A stretch of DNA of 64,000 nucleotides, taken from the NCBI RefSeq assembly GCF_036917135.1, contig NZ_JBALEA010000089.1, positions 47,974-111,973 of the forward strand, in the 5' to 3' direction. This document shows, piece after piece, positions 1-9,029 of the stretch (within the stretch, counting starts at the first letter, position 1; each line of letters begins with the position of its first letter). Both the position numbers and the translations under genes were made by a program. Origin of the DNA: Nostoc sp. Its GTDB lineage: Bacteria > Cyanobacteriota > Cyanobacteriia > Cyanobacteriales > Nostocaceae. Under the pieces are notes generated by a model, which saw only the letters and a list, made by a program, of their open reading frames with translations, ran no database searches and was not told the DNA's origin.

Positions 1-106
1 CATTACCAGTACCAATAAAAATCCTATCGACGAAGCGGGAGTCCTAACTCATGATGGATGCAGCAAAAGAACGCTATCATAGCGTTTGTCAGTTGCGAGT
101 TATGGT

Positions 107-1525
107 ATGCAAAGACAGCGATCGCTTTTAATTTTAATTGTAGTCCTGGTAATCGCCGCCATTGCGGTGATTACCACAATTTCGATTCCGTTAGGACTGG
201 ACTTGCGCGGAGGCTCACAGCTCACAATTCAAGTGAAAACAACACCGGAGATTAAACAAATCACCGATCGCGAATTGGAAGCTGTGAAAAAAGTAGTGGA
301 AGGCCGCATTAACGGTCTTGGCGTTTCTGAACCAGTGGTACAAACTGTAGGGAAAGATCAAATTCTAGTGCAGTTACCCGGAGTCAGCGATCCCCAACAA
401 GCTGAACGGGTGTTAGGGGGTACAGCACAGTTAGAATTTCGGACACAAAAACCAAATACAGAAACCCAACTGCTTGCTTTCCAAGCATCCAGAGCTGAAT
501 ATAAATCCAAGCAGCAAGATTTGAGAAAGAGTAACAATCAAGCAGAAATTGTCAAAAATCAGCAAGATTTACAGAAAAATAATCAAGCGATCGCTGAATT
601 GTTTGAAAGCACAAACCCCCCACTCGCAGGGAAATTCCTCAAAGAGGCAGCCGGTGAACCCTCTCAAGGCAACAATTGGAATGTTGCCATTCGCTTCGAT
701 CAAAAGGGTGGTGAACTGTTTGCCGAACTGACGAAAAAACTTGCCGGTACAGGACGCAGTATTGGTATTTTCCTAGACAATGAATTGATCAGCGCTCCCA
801 GTGTCGGGCCAGAACATGCCGCTACTGGTATTACTGGTGGTGCTGCTGTGATTACAGGTAGATTTACCGCCGAAGAAGCTAACAACTTAGGTGTGCAGCT
901 ACGGGGGGGTGCTTTACCCTTGCCAGTGCAAATCGTCGAAAACCGCACTGTTGGGGCAACATTAGGTAAAGATAGTATTCAACGCAGTATTTACGCTGGT
1001 GCTGGCGGATTGCTGTTAGTATTGATTTTCATGTTAGTTTACTACCGACTACCAGGATTAATTGCCGACTTTGCCTTGATTATCTATGCCGTATTGACTT
1101 ATGCCACCTTCGCTTTGCTAGGTGTGACATTAACTCTTCCCGGTATTGCTGGATTTATTCTCAGTATCGGTATGGCAGTTGATGCTAACGTATTGATTTT
1201 TGAGCGCACCCGTGAAGAACTACGCGCTGGCAAAAGTTTATATCGTTCTGTAGAGTCAGGATTCTACCGAGCTTGGTCTAGCATTTTAGATAGTCATGTC
1301 ACATCATTAATTTCTTGTGCTGCACTGTTTTTCTTAGGAGCAGGTTTAGTTAAAGGCTTTGCTTTGACATTGGCGCTAGGGTTATTGGTGAATTTGTTTA
1401 CTGCCATTACTTGTAGCCGCACACTGCTGTTCTTATCATTGCAATTTCCCAACTTGCGTAAGCCAGAGTTGTTTTGTCCCAATCTCTCAACGTCAATTAA
1501 GTCTGGTGCAGAGGTGCAGTTATGA
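107..1525 (+). CDS. secD: Protein translocase subunit SecD
   Basis: GLDLRGG N-terminal motif, C-terminal TM bundle with [17 protein letters not shown]; overlaps secF. Start moved from TTG 86 to ATG 107 (MQRQRS). Confidence 0.97.
   Translation: MQRQRSLLILIVVLVIAAIAVITTISIPLGLDLRGGSQLTIQVKTTPEIKQITDRELEAVKKVVEGRINGLGVSEPVVQTVGKDQILVQLPGVSDPQQAERVLGGTAQLEFRTQKPNTETQLLAFQASRAEYKSKQQDLRKSNNQAEIVKNQQDLQKNNQAIAELFESTNPPLAGKFLKEAAGEPSQGNNWNVAIRFDQKGGELFAELTKKLAGTGRSIGIFLDNELISAPSVGPEHAATGITGGAAVITGRFTAEEANNLGVQLRGGALPLPVQIVENRTVGATLGKDSIQRSIYAGAGGLLLVLIFMLVYYRLPGLIADFALIIYAVLTYATFALLGVTLTLPGIAGFILSIGMAVDANVLIFERTREELRAGKSLYRSVESGFYRAWSSILDSHVTSLISCAALFFLGAGLVKGFALTLALGLLVNLFTAITCSRTLLFLSLQFPNLRKPELFCPNLSTSIKSGAEVQL
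118..125. repeat. HIP1 octamer GCGATCGC (representative; many copies across the window, three inside the island FAAL gene at 11034, 12140, 12312)
   Basis: Palindrome read directly in the sequence; HIP1 is the established cyanobacterial highly iterated palindrome. Confidence 0.95.
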
Positions 1526-2499
1526 AATTTAGTGTCATCAAACAGCGTGGATTATGGTGGACAATTTCTGCCACCCTGATGATCATTGGCATCGTGGCGA
1601 TGGTGATTTCTTGGCAACAACTCGGCGCACCACTACGTCCCAGCTTAGATTTTGTTGGTGGTACACGACTACAATTTGAACGCGATTGTACACAAGCAAA
1701 CAACTGCACTCAACCCATTGATATCTCTAACGTCAGGGAAGTCGTTGACGCTCAGAAATTAAATAATAGTAGCATCCAAGTTGTTGGTAAAAACCAACAG
1801 GGAATATCCATTCGCACAAAGACATTAGATGTCGAGCAACGCACCCAGTTGCAAACAGCTTTGAGTGAAAAAATTGGAGCCTTTGACCCGAAAGCCACTC
1901 AAATTGATACCGTTGGTCCAACACTTGGTCGTCAACTACTTTCCCAAGGGTTATTAGCTCTGCTTGTCTCCTTTGCTGCGATCGTTATTTATTTGAGTGT
2001 GCGTTTCCAGATAGACTATGCCGTAATCGCAATTCTTGCATTATTCCATGATGTTTTGATTACGCTGGGTGCTTTCTCCATCTTGGGATTAGTCGCAGGT
2101 ATTGAAGTTGATAGTCTTTTCGTCGTTGCTATTTTGACTATTACCGGTTTCTCAGTGACAGATACCGTAGTTATCTACGATCGCATTCGAGAAATACTGA
2201 CTCTACATCCTAACGATGACATTGACAAAGTTGTTGATGATGCCATCAATCAAACTCTAACGCGCTCAATTAATACCACGTTAACCGTTTTGCTAACCTT
2301 GTTTTCCCTATTCCTATTTGGCGGAGAAACACTGAGAAACTTTTCCCTAGCTTTGATTATTGGCTTCACGATGGGTGCTTATTCAAGTATTTTCATCGCC
2401 AGTACTCTCCTAGCTTGGTGGCGAGAGCGCAAAGGTCAAACCAGCGTGGTAGAAGGTGCTGGGTCAATTGATACACCTACTAGTTCTCAGGATAGTTAA
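1522..2499 (+). CDS. secF: Protein translocase subunit SecF
   Basis: LDFVGGT motif, [24 protein letters not shown]; 4-bp overlap with secD. Confidence 0.97.
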   Translation: MKFSVIKQRGLWWTISATLMIIGIVAMVISWQQLGAPLRPSLDFVGGTRLQFERDCTQANNCTQPIDISNVREVVDAQKLNNSSIQVVGKNQQGISIRTKTLDVEQRTQLQTALSEKIGAFDPKATQIDTVGPTLGRQLLSQGLLALLVSFAAIVIYLSVRFQIDYAVIAILALFHDVLITLGAFSILGLVAGIEVDSLFVVAILTITGFSVTDTVVIYDRIREILTLHPNDDIDKVVDDAINQTLTRSINTTLTVLLTLFSLFLFGGETLRNFSLALIIGFTMGAYSSIFIASTLLAWWRERKGQTSVVEGAGSIDTPTSSQDS

Positions 2500-2573
2500 A
2501 CTTGTGTATATTTCACAATTGGGTAAAAGCATTTTAAATTGCTCACCTATGCTTTGAAATTTTATTTCCATTT

Positions 2574-2987
2574 ATGGATCAACCAGAAGAACCATTAACT
2601 ACTGTCCCAGACTTTGACAAATCTGACCCAGCCTTTGCCCAACAAGTACAAAGGCTACATCAGCTGACAGTATATGGCCGATGGCTGTTTGTGGGCTGTT
2701 TATGGCTGACCATTGCGCCTGTTTCCTTGTGGGGTCTACGTGCAGAAATTTCTTTGTGGCAACAATATTTTACCTGGGTGGCAGTGAGATTTGGACTCTT
2801 CTACCATCCACTATCTACCTTTGGTTTAGCCTTTTGTCTGGGTATGACTGCTGCTGTTTTAGTTTGGCAAAGTCGAAATATTCTATTCGGATTACCAGAG
2901 CCGGAAAAACAACGTTTAGAAAAACAAGTTTATCGGATACGTCAACAGGGAGCAACTCATCCTCTGTGGAAGTGGGTTTGTCATTAA
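2574..2987 (+). CDS. Conserved cyanobacterial small membrane protein, function unknown
   Basis: 137-aa ORF with two hydrophobic segments, co-oriented after secF. Confidence 0.75.
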   Translation: MDQPEEPLTTVPDFDKSDPAFAQQVQRLHQLTVYGRWLFVGCLWLTIAPVSLWGLRAEISLWQQYFTWVAVRFGLFYHPLSTFGLAFCLGMTAAVLVWQSRNILFGLPEPEKQRLEKQVYRIRQQGATHPLWKWVCH

Positions 2988-3036
2988 ATTTTCTTTCTCC
3001 TTGGATATACATATACACGTACAGCAATTTCTAGAG

Positions 3037-3507
3037 ATGAATGAGCCTCAGATTCAATTTAGCGAACGCCAGTCTGAAATTGACCTTTACCAACTTCAAG
3101 AACTGTTAAACGTTTCAGCTTTCTGGGCAAAGGGACGTAGTATTGAGGATTTAGGTATAGCCATTGCCAACAGTGAACCAGTGATTTCTGTGTGCGATCG
3201 CGATCGACTCATTGGCTTTGCGAGAGCAACATCTGATGGCATATATCGCGCCACAATTTGGGATGTTGTGATTCATCCAGATTCTCAACATAGTGGGTTG
3301 GGAAGCAAGTTAGTCGAAACCGTTTTGAATCATCCCCGCATGAGGTCGGTTGAGCGCATTTATCTAATGACTACTCACCAACAGGGTTTCTACGAAAAGA
3401 TTGGTTTTCAACCCAACACTACCACGACGATGGTGCTACACAACCTAGCTAACCGTGCTTTCCTTGCTGCTACAGAAGTTCAGCTTCAGGAATCACTAGG
3501 GGGATAG
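3037..3507 (+). CDS. GNAT family N-acetyltransferase
   Basis: [30 protein letters not shown] (acetyl-CoA binding Q/RxxGxG), GFYEKIGF; start set at ATG 3037. Confidence 0.9.
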   Translation: MNEPQIQFSERQSEIDLYQLQELLNVSAFWAKGRSIEDLGIAIANSEPVISVCDRDRLIGFARATSDGIYRATIWDVVIHPDSQHSGLGSKLVETVLNHPRMRSVERIYLMTTHQQGFYEKIGFQPNTTTTMVLHNLANRAFLAATEVQLQESLGG

Positions 3508-4390
3508 AGATTTGTAGTCTGGTAAACTGCTGAAGTGGTTCTTTCACAATGGTCGAGGGCAGGATTTCTAACTTTCCTCCCATAACTTCCATCAAAGTCT
3601 GATTGATTAATAGCCTCATTCCTGGGGAAAGAGCAGCGTTTTCTTGGTCAATTTTGGTCAGATGATCTTCAGATTTGAGCAAATCAATCGGCTCGCTCCA
3701 GGTCATAGCATGGGTTGGTACATCCAGCCAAATGGTTACAAATTTATTTGTACCTATGGCGCTGCTGGAAATACAGATGCTACCTTCCTCCATCTGACTA
3801 ATTGCAGTGTCTATTAAACTTATTAATACTTGGCGCAGCCAAAGATAATCTGCCAAAACATAAATTTCTGGGTCGCTGGGTAACAATTGCAAGGGAAAAT
3901 TGCGATTTGCCGCCAGCATATAAGTTAATTTATGAACTTCCTCTAAAATTTGGGCTAAGGGTCTAGGCTGAATATCTAATTTATTGGTACCATGTTCAGC
4001 TCTTGCAACGTTGAGAATTTCATCCATCAGCTTCAGCAGCTTCAGAGTTCGCTCGTGAGCTTGGGCAATAAATTCTCGCTCTTCAGCTGGATTTTCACAC
4101 AAATCTGACAAAATTAATTGATGTAAGCCAATTAAACCATTAAAAGGCGATCGCAATTCATGGGTAGTTCGTGCCAAAAAACCAGCTTTAAACAGACTCA
4201 TTTCCCTAGCCATCAGATATGCCAGATGGGTTTGCTGTAGCTGTTGTGATATTGATGGCATATCCGGTTGAGCTAATGGCGCTACTGGGGATGAGCTAGA
4301 TGAAACATTTGGCCATCGCCCAAATAACTGACGGAAAACCATACCTAGTGCTATTCCTGCTCCTAGATATATCCAGTTGCTCCAATTCAT
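3470..4390 (-). CDS. hepN: HisKA-domain sensor kinase-like protein, probably the HepN ortholog; ATP-binding boxes look degenerate
   Basis: N-terminal TM helix, H-box THELRSPFNGLIG. The name rests on recalled Anabaena synteny (tic22-hemK-sua5-kinase-secDF) and was not verified by search. Confidence 0.65.
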   Translation of the reverse strand: MNWSNWIYLGAGIALGMVFRQLFGRWPNVSSSSSPVAPLAQPDMPSISQQLQQTHLAYLMAREMSLFKAGFLARTTHELRSPFNGLIGLHQLILSDLCENPAEEREFIAQAHERTLKLLKLMDEILNVARAEHGTNKLDIQPRPLAQILEEVHKLTYMLAANRNFPLQLLPSDPEIYVLADYLWLRQVLISLIDTAISQMEEGSICISSSAIGTNKFVTIWLDVPTHAMTWSEPIDLLKSEDHLTKIDQENAALSPGMRLLINQTLMEVMGGKLEILPSTIVKEPLQQFTRLQISIPLVIPEAELL

Positions 4391-4488
4391 AATCTGGCAA
4401 TTATTAACTTGTTAATTAACCACAACAGCGCAAACTAAAGTTTCAGATTTCTCTGTTGTTCAAATCAGGAAAACAACATTATAGCTAT

Positions 4489-5097
4489 CTATACCTTGTT
4501 ATCAGTCGAAATATCTAACTTGATCCCACCTTGCCGCAAAATCTGCCAATTGATCCCTGTCCATTTAGCAACGGTGGAAGGTACACCCATCCCCCGCATT
4601 TCACCTTGGCATTCTGTTGTTGCTAAAGTCAAAACCTGGGGAAACTGAGTCTGAATTTCTGCGATCGTTTGCAAAGGCGGTTGACCGGAAAAATTGGCGC
4701 TAGTGGTAGCAAGAGGGCCTGTTTGAGTCAGAATAGATTGAGCGATCGCACTGTTTGGGACTCGAATCCCAATTGTCGTTGGATCAATAGGGTTCATAAC
4801 TTTTGGCACGCGATCGCTTGCTGGTAAAACTAACGTCACCCCTCCTGGCCAATATTTATCTGTTAATTCTTGCCATATTTTATACTCGTTCTCATCACCT
4901 TTGACATAAGGCCACAAATCTCCAGCATTAGCAGCCATCAAAATCAAAGGTTTGTCTTGACTGCGTTGTTTAGCCGTAAAAATTAATCCGGCTTTTTCTG
5001 GTATCGCCGCAAGTGCAGGAACCGTATCCGTGGGAAAGCTCACCAAAAGGCCGGCCTGTGCGCCAGCTATTAGGTCTGTGAGGGAAACTTGCGTCAT
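4489..5097 (-). CDS. tsaC: L-threonylcarbamoyladenylate synthase (Sua5/YrdC)
   Basis: SFPTDTV, KQRSQDKPL, GIRVP, PLATTSANFSG motifs. Confidence 0.93.
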   Translation of the reverse strand: MTQVSLTDLIAGAQAGLLVSFPTDTVPALAAIPEKAGLIFTAKQRSQDKPLILMAANAGDLWPYVKGDENEYKIWQELTDKYWPGGVTLVLPASDRVPKVMNPIDPTTIGIRVPNSAIAQSILTQTGPLATTSANFSGQPPLQTIAEIQTQFPQVLTLATTECQGEMRGMGVPSTVAKWTGINWQILRQGGIKLDISTDNKV

Positions 5098-5174
5098 CTT
5101 ACTAAGTAAGTCGGGGAGAACAATTTAATATATATTTTGATTTGAGCTTAAATCAAATTCTTGCATAAGTTAGG

Positions 5175-5205
5175 CAAAAGGGAAAAGGAATCAAAATCCT
5201 TTCCC
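5175..5205 (-). terminator. Probable intrinsic terminator downstream of the cluster
   Basis: Minus strand reads GGGAAAGGA-loop-TCCTTTTCCC followed by TTTT. Confidence 0.55.
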
Positions 5206-5309
5206 CCATTTTTGCATAAATATATTTATGCAAGATGTCTAATATTTATCAACCAGTAGCACGGTATTTAATTACTTGGTTAAATCTTGAAAAAGAGATG
5301 CTCAAATAA

Positions 5310-5431
5310 GGGACTTCCAAATAAAAAAATATCCCAAAACTGACGCAAAAATCTTCTCTATTTCTCCTATCTCTGTGTTATCTGCGTCTCTGTGGTTCGT
5401 TCATTTGGATAATTTATTTCTTGAAAGTCCC
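5310..5431. mobile_element. MITE-like element, 122 bp, GGGACT...AGTCCC termini, 3-bp TAA target duplication
   Basis: Imperfect terminal inverted repeats gggacttccaaataaaaaaatatccc / tggataatttatttcttgaaagtccc; TAA at 5307-5309 and 5432-5434. Confidence 0.75.
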
Positions 5432-5468
5432 TAAGAGTCTTATACATCTTCCAAAATTTAGACTAAAA

Positions 5469-6428
5469 TCAGCTAGCAGTTTTTTTCGCTTCAATCATTC
5501 CGAGTGTGGGAACTTTAACATCCCAAGCTAAACCTAATACTTCCAGAGTGTGGATTAACCAGTACCCTAAATCAACTTGCCACCATTGCAACCCAAACTT
5601 TGCCGAGTTAGGAAAAGCATGATGATTATTATGCCATGCTTCTCCTCCTGTAGGAATTGCCAGCCAAACATTATTAGTACTCTGCTCACTACTATTGAAG
5701 GGGCGACTGCCATACAGATGACTAATGGAATTAATAGTCCAAGTTAAATGATGCACTACAAAAATTCGCACAAGTCCTCCCCACAAAAGTCCTTGCCATA
5801 TACCTATCCAAGTACCTGATAAAAGTCCTCCAAGAATAGCTGGAATCAAAAGACCTAAAAAGACCAGAACTAGGTATTGTTGGTTGACTTTTTTTATCAC
5901 AGGGTCTTGCAGCAAATCCTTCGCAAACACTGTAGAATTTGTGATTTCGCAGTTAAGCATCCAACCAATATGGCTATACCATATTCCGTTTAACCTTCCC
6001 CAAAATCCTCCTTGGTGAAGGTTGGGTGAATGAGTATCTCCTATCTGGTCACTGTATTGATGATGGCGCCTATGATTGCTCACCCAATTAATAACAGGTC
6101 CTTGAGCCGCCATAGAACCTAAGATAGCCAAACCAACTCGAACAGATGGGTGGGTTTTAAAAGTGCAGTGAGATAAAACCCGATGAAAACCTACAGTAAT
6201 CCCTCCGACCATAGTGAGAAACCAGAAGACCAAAAGCAATGCTAATTCCATGAGATTAATTCCAAAATCCCAAGCGAATTTGAGCGCTATCATTGTCCCG
6301 ATCAAAGGAATTATGATTGTGGCTATAGCAAAACGCCTTTGTACTTGTTGTAAGTAATCATTTTGGATTATTATCTTTGTTGTTTTACTTAAAGTCGCCA
6401 AACCATGACTTTGATTGTCTAACTGCAT
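5469..6428 (-). CDS. Membrane-bound fatty acyl desaturase A (delta-9-like fold, JamB-like context)
   Basis: His boxes HRVLSH, HRRHH, HNNHH; 319 aa; paralog of 8038-8997. Confidence 0.92.
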   Translation of the reverse strand: MQLDNQSHGLATLSKTTKIIIQNDYLQQVQRRFAIATIIIPLIGTMIALKFAWDFGINLMELALLLVFWFLTMVGGITVGFHRVLSHCTFKTHPSVRVGLAILGSMAAQGPVINWVSNHRRHHQYSDQIGDTHSPNLHQGGFWGRLNGIWYSHIGWMLNCEITNSTVFAKDLLQDPVIKKVNQQYLVLVFLGLLIPAILGGLLSGTWIGIWQGLLWGGLVRIFVVHHLTWTINSISHLYGSRPFNSSEQSTNNVWLAIPTGGEAWHNNHHAFPNSAKFGLQWWQVDLGYWLIHTLEVLGLAWDVKVPTLGMIEAKKTAS

Positions 6429-6484
6429 TAGGTTCTACATCCTCCTTAAATCTTGTCTTCACTATTAACTTCGTACCATTTGGC

Positions 6485-7720
6485 TTAGGTGTAAATGGTG
6501 AAGGGTGGGATTTGTTCGTTGAGTACCCAGTCACCAACTTCGTGGACTTTGTAAACAACTGGATCGTGCAGAGTATGAGTACGGACATTGCGCCAGAAGC
6601 GATCAAAGCGATATTTTGTCGCAGTAGCACGAGTTCCCATCACTTCAAAAATCTTGCTTGTCACTTCTAATGCCACTCGTGTAGTCAAGACTTTGGCAGT
6701 GCTAATAATAACAGCAGTTTCACCGCGTTCGGTGGCTGTCAGGTCTTCTCCCTTTTCCCAGGCAGATTGGAAGACCGAGTTGACATAATCAACATGGCTG
6801 ATGGTTGAAATCAAACTCACCCAGAGATTACCGTATTGCTCAATAATATAAGGATCTTTAGCTGCCGTGTGGGCAGGTGAAAAAATCCAGGGACGGCTTC
6901 CAGATAGTGTATATTGCTTGCCTTCCTCAAAGGCACCTAGTGCAATTCCCAGATAGAAATTGACAAAGACGGACTGGAAAGCAGGAGTTACCAATGAGGC
7001 AAAGGAGCTAGGCGCATCTTTAGAGTTAGGATTGCCCAGAATCTCATCTCGGTGAATCAAGACATTATTAAAAGTGACGCTACCGCTATCGGTTTGTCGC
7101 TGTCCAATGTAATCCCAATCGTCATTGAGAACCACTCCTTCTCGATGGGTGGGAACAATGGCAATGGGAAGATTCTCCACAGCTTCCCGATGCTTGGCAA
7201 CAATGCTAACGGGAAGATTCTCTACATATCCTCGCGCTGCTGTCACTACAATAATGTCGGAGCCAGTACTGCCTGTGGCAAAGTTTTTAGTACCATTGAG
7301 CCGGAAATTTTTTCCATCTGCTGTTAGCACCAATTTAGGATCTCGCGGATTAACAGCATCACCCCAAAACCAGTTGTTGCGAGTAGTTTCGCTGTAGAAT
7401 CGGGCTTTTTGTTCGGGAGTACCATTTAGTTCAGGGATGACAGAATTGACATAGTGGTATCCCAAAAGTTGACCAAGGGAGCCATCCGCTTTGGCAATTT
7501 CTCGTACAACTTTGAGGGCTGTAACCCAACTTTGACCAAATCCACCATATTGTTCTGGGATCAGGAGTTTAAGCAGACCACTTTCTCGCAGACGATTTAG
7601 TTCGGCAGTCGGACTACCACCTTTGGCATCCCGTTCGACTGCTGTTTTAGCAAACTCCTTTCCTAATGACGCAGCTAGAGCAATGTAGTCTTTTGTTTCT
7701 TGTAAGGTAGATAAAACCAT
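6485..7720 (-). CDS. Acyl-CoA dehydrogenase-fold flavin-dependent monooxygenase, DszC/SfnB type
   Basis: DDWDYIGQRQTDSGSV and C-terminal FDRFWRNVRTHTLHDP motifs typical of DszC/SfnB. Start set at ATG 7720 (GGAG 9 nt upstream); the ORF extends to 7735. Confidence 0.85.
   Translation of the reverse strand: MVLSTLQETKDYIALAASLGKEFAKTAVERDAKGGSPTAELNRLRESGLLKLLIPEQYGGFGQSWVTALKVVREIAKADGSLGQLLGYHYVNSVIPELNGTPEQKARFYSETTRNNWFWGDAVNPRDPKLVLTADGKNFRLNGTKNFATGSTGSDIIVVTAARGYVENLPVSIVAKHREAVENLPIAIVPTHREGVVLNDDWDYIGQRQTDSGSVTFNNVLIHRDEILGNPNSKDAPSSFASLVTPAFQSVFVNFYLGIALGAFEEGKQYTLSGSRPWIFSPAHTAAKDPYIIEQYGNLWVSLISTISHVDYVNSVFQSAWEKGEDLTATERGETAVIISTAKVLTTRVALEVTSKIFEVMGTRATATKYRFDRFWRNVRTHTLHDPVVYKVHEVGDWVLNEQIPPFTIYT
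7136..7225 (-). repeat. In-frame 2 x 45-bp tandem duplication inside the monooxygenase
   Basis: VENLPVSIVAKHREA / VENLPIAIVPTHREG, visible at DNA level. Confidence 0.9.
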
Positions 7721-7751
7721 TTTCAGCATCTCCATAAAATTCGTACTAAAA

Positions 7752-8012
7752 CTATTCGCTTAAATGTTGTGCAAGAGATGCGATCGTCGGGTAATCCCAA
7801 ACTAGCCTTAGCTCTAGCTCTTTTCCTAGCCAATCTGCTAAATCTCCGGTTAAAACCACCGCTACCGATGAATCTAAACCATAACGGGCAAAAGTGGTTT
7901 CTACATTTACTTCTTCGGGTTCGATTTCTAGCAAATCTGCTAGATAAGAAATCAACCATTCTTTGATTTCTGTAGTAGATACTTTCAAAGTTTCAGTTTT
8001 TTGAGAAAGCAT
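7752..8012 (-). CDS. Stand-alone acyl carrier protein
   Basis: YGLDS phosphopantetheine Ser motif, DYPTIASLAQHL C-terminus; GGAGG RBS upstream of ATG 8012; 86 aa. Confidence 0.93.
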   Translation of the reverse strand: MLSQKTETLKVSTTEIKEWLISYLADLLEIEPEEVNVETTFARYGLDSSVAVVLTGDLADWLGKELELRLVWDYPTIASLAQHLSE

Positions 8013-8037
8013 ACATCCTCCAAAATTTAGACTAAAA

Positions 8038-8997
8038 TCAGCTAGCAGTTTTTTTCGCTTCAATCATTCCGAGTGTGGGAACTTTAACATCCCAAGCTAA
8101 ACCTAATACTTCCAGAGTGCGGATTAACCAGTACCCTAAATCAACTTGCCACCATTGCAACCCAAACTTTGCTGAGTTAGGAAAAGCATGATGATTGTTA
8201 TGCCATCCTTCTCCTCCTGTAGAAATTGCCAGCCAAACATTATTAGTACTCTGTTCACTAGTATTCAAAGGGCGACTACCATACAGATGAACAATGGAGT
8301 TAAGACACCAAGTTAAATGATGGACTACAAAAATTCGCACAAGCCCTCCCCACAAAAATCCTTGCCCTACACCTATCCAAGTACCTGATAAAAGTCCTCC
8401 AAGAATAGCTGGAATCAAAAGACCTAAAAAAACGAAAATTAGGTATTGTTGATTGACTTTTTTCATCACAGGGTCTTGCAGCAAATCCTTCGCAAACACT
8501 GTAGTATTTGTGATTTCGCCGTTAAGTATCCAGCCAACATGGCTATGCCACATTCCCCTTAACTTTCCCCAAGATTCTCCTTGATAAAGGTTGGGTGAAT
8601 GAGTATCTCCTATCTGGTCGCTATATTGATGATGTCGTCTATGATTGCTCACCCAATTAATCACAGGGCCTTGAGCCGCCATAGAACCCAAGATAGCCAA
8701 AGCAACTCGCACAGATGGGTGGGTCTTAAAAGCACAGTGACATAAAAGCCGATGATTACCTACAGTCACCCCGCCAATCATTGTGAGAAACCAGAAAACC
8801 AAAAGCAGTTCTAATTCCATGAGATTAATTCCAAAATCCCAAGCGAATTTCAGCGCTATCAGTGTCCCGATCAAAGGAATAACGATCGTGGCTGCGGCTA
8901 ACCGCTTTTGTACTGTTTGTAAGTAATCATTTTTGATTGTGATTTTTGCTTCTTTAGTTGAAGTCAACAAAGAAGGATTTTGATTATTTAACTGCAT
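8038..8997 (-). CDS. Membrane-bound fatty acyl desaturase B (delta-9-like fold, JamB-like context)
   Basis: His boxes HRLLCH, HRRHH, HNNHH; 319 aa; directly upstream of the ACP. Confidence 0.92.
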   Translation of the reverse strand: MQLNNQNPSLLTSTKEAKITIKNDYLQTVQKRLAAATIVIPLIGTLIALKFAWDFGINLMELELLLVFWFLTMIGGVTVGNHRLLCHCAFKTHPSVRVALAILGSMAAQGPVINWVSNHRRHHQYSDQIGDTHSPNLYQGESWGKLRGMWHSHVGWILNGEITNTTVFAKDLLQDPVMKKVNQQYLIFVFLGLLIPAILGGLLSGTWIGVGQGFLWGGLVRIFVVHHLTWCLNSIVHLYGSRPLNTSEQSTNNVWLAISTGGEGWHNNHHAFPNSAKFGLQWWQVDLGYWLIRTLEVLGLAWDVKVPTLGMIEAKKTAS

Positions 8998-9029
8998 GAG
9001 CTTTTACATCCTCATTCAATCCTTTAAAA

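Noticed and set aside
5469-8997. Desaturases as ordinary membrane-lipid desC copies
   Set aside because: They are embedded with a dedicated ACP and FAAL in an island and are near-duplicates of each other.
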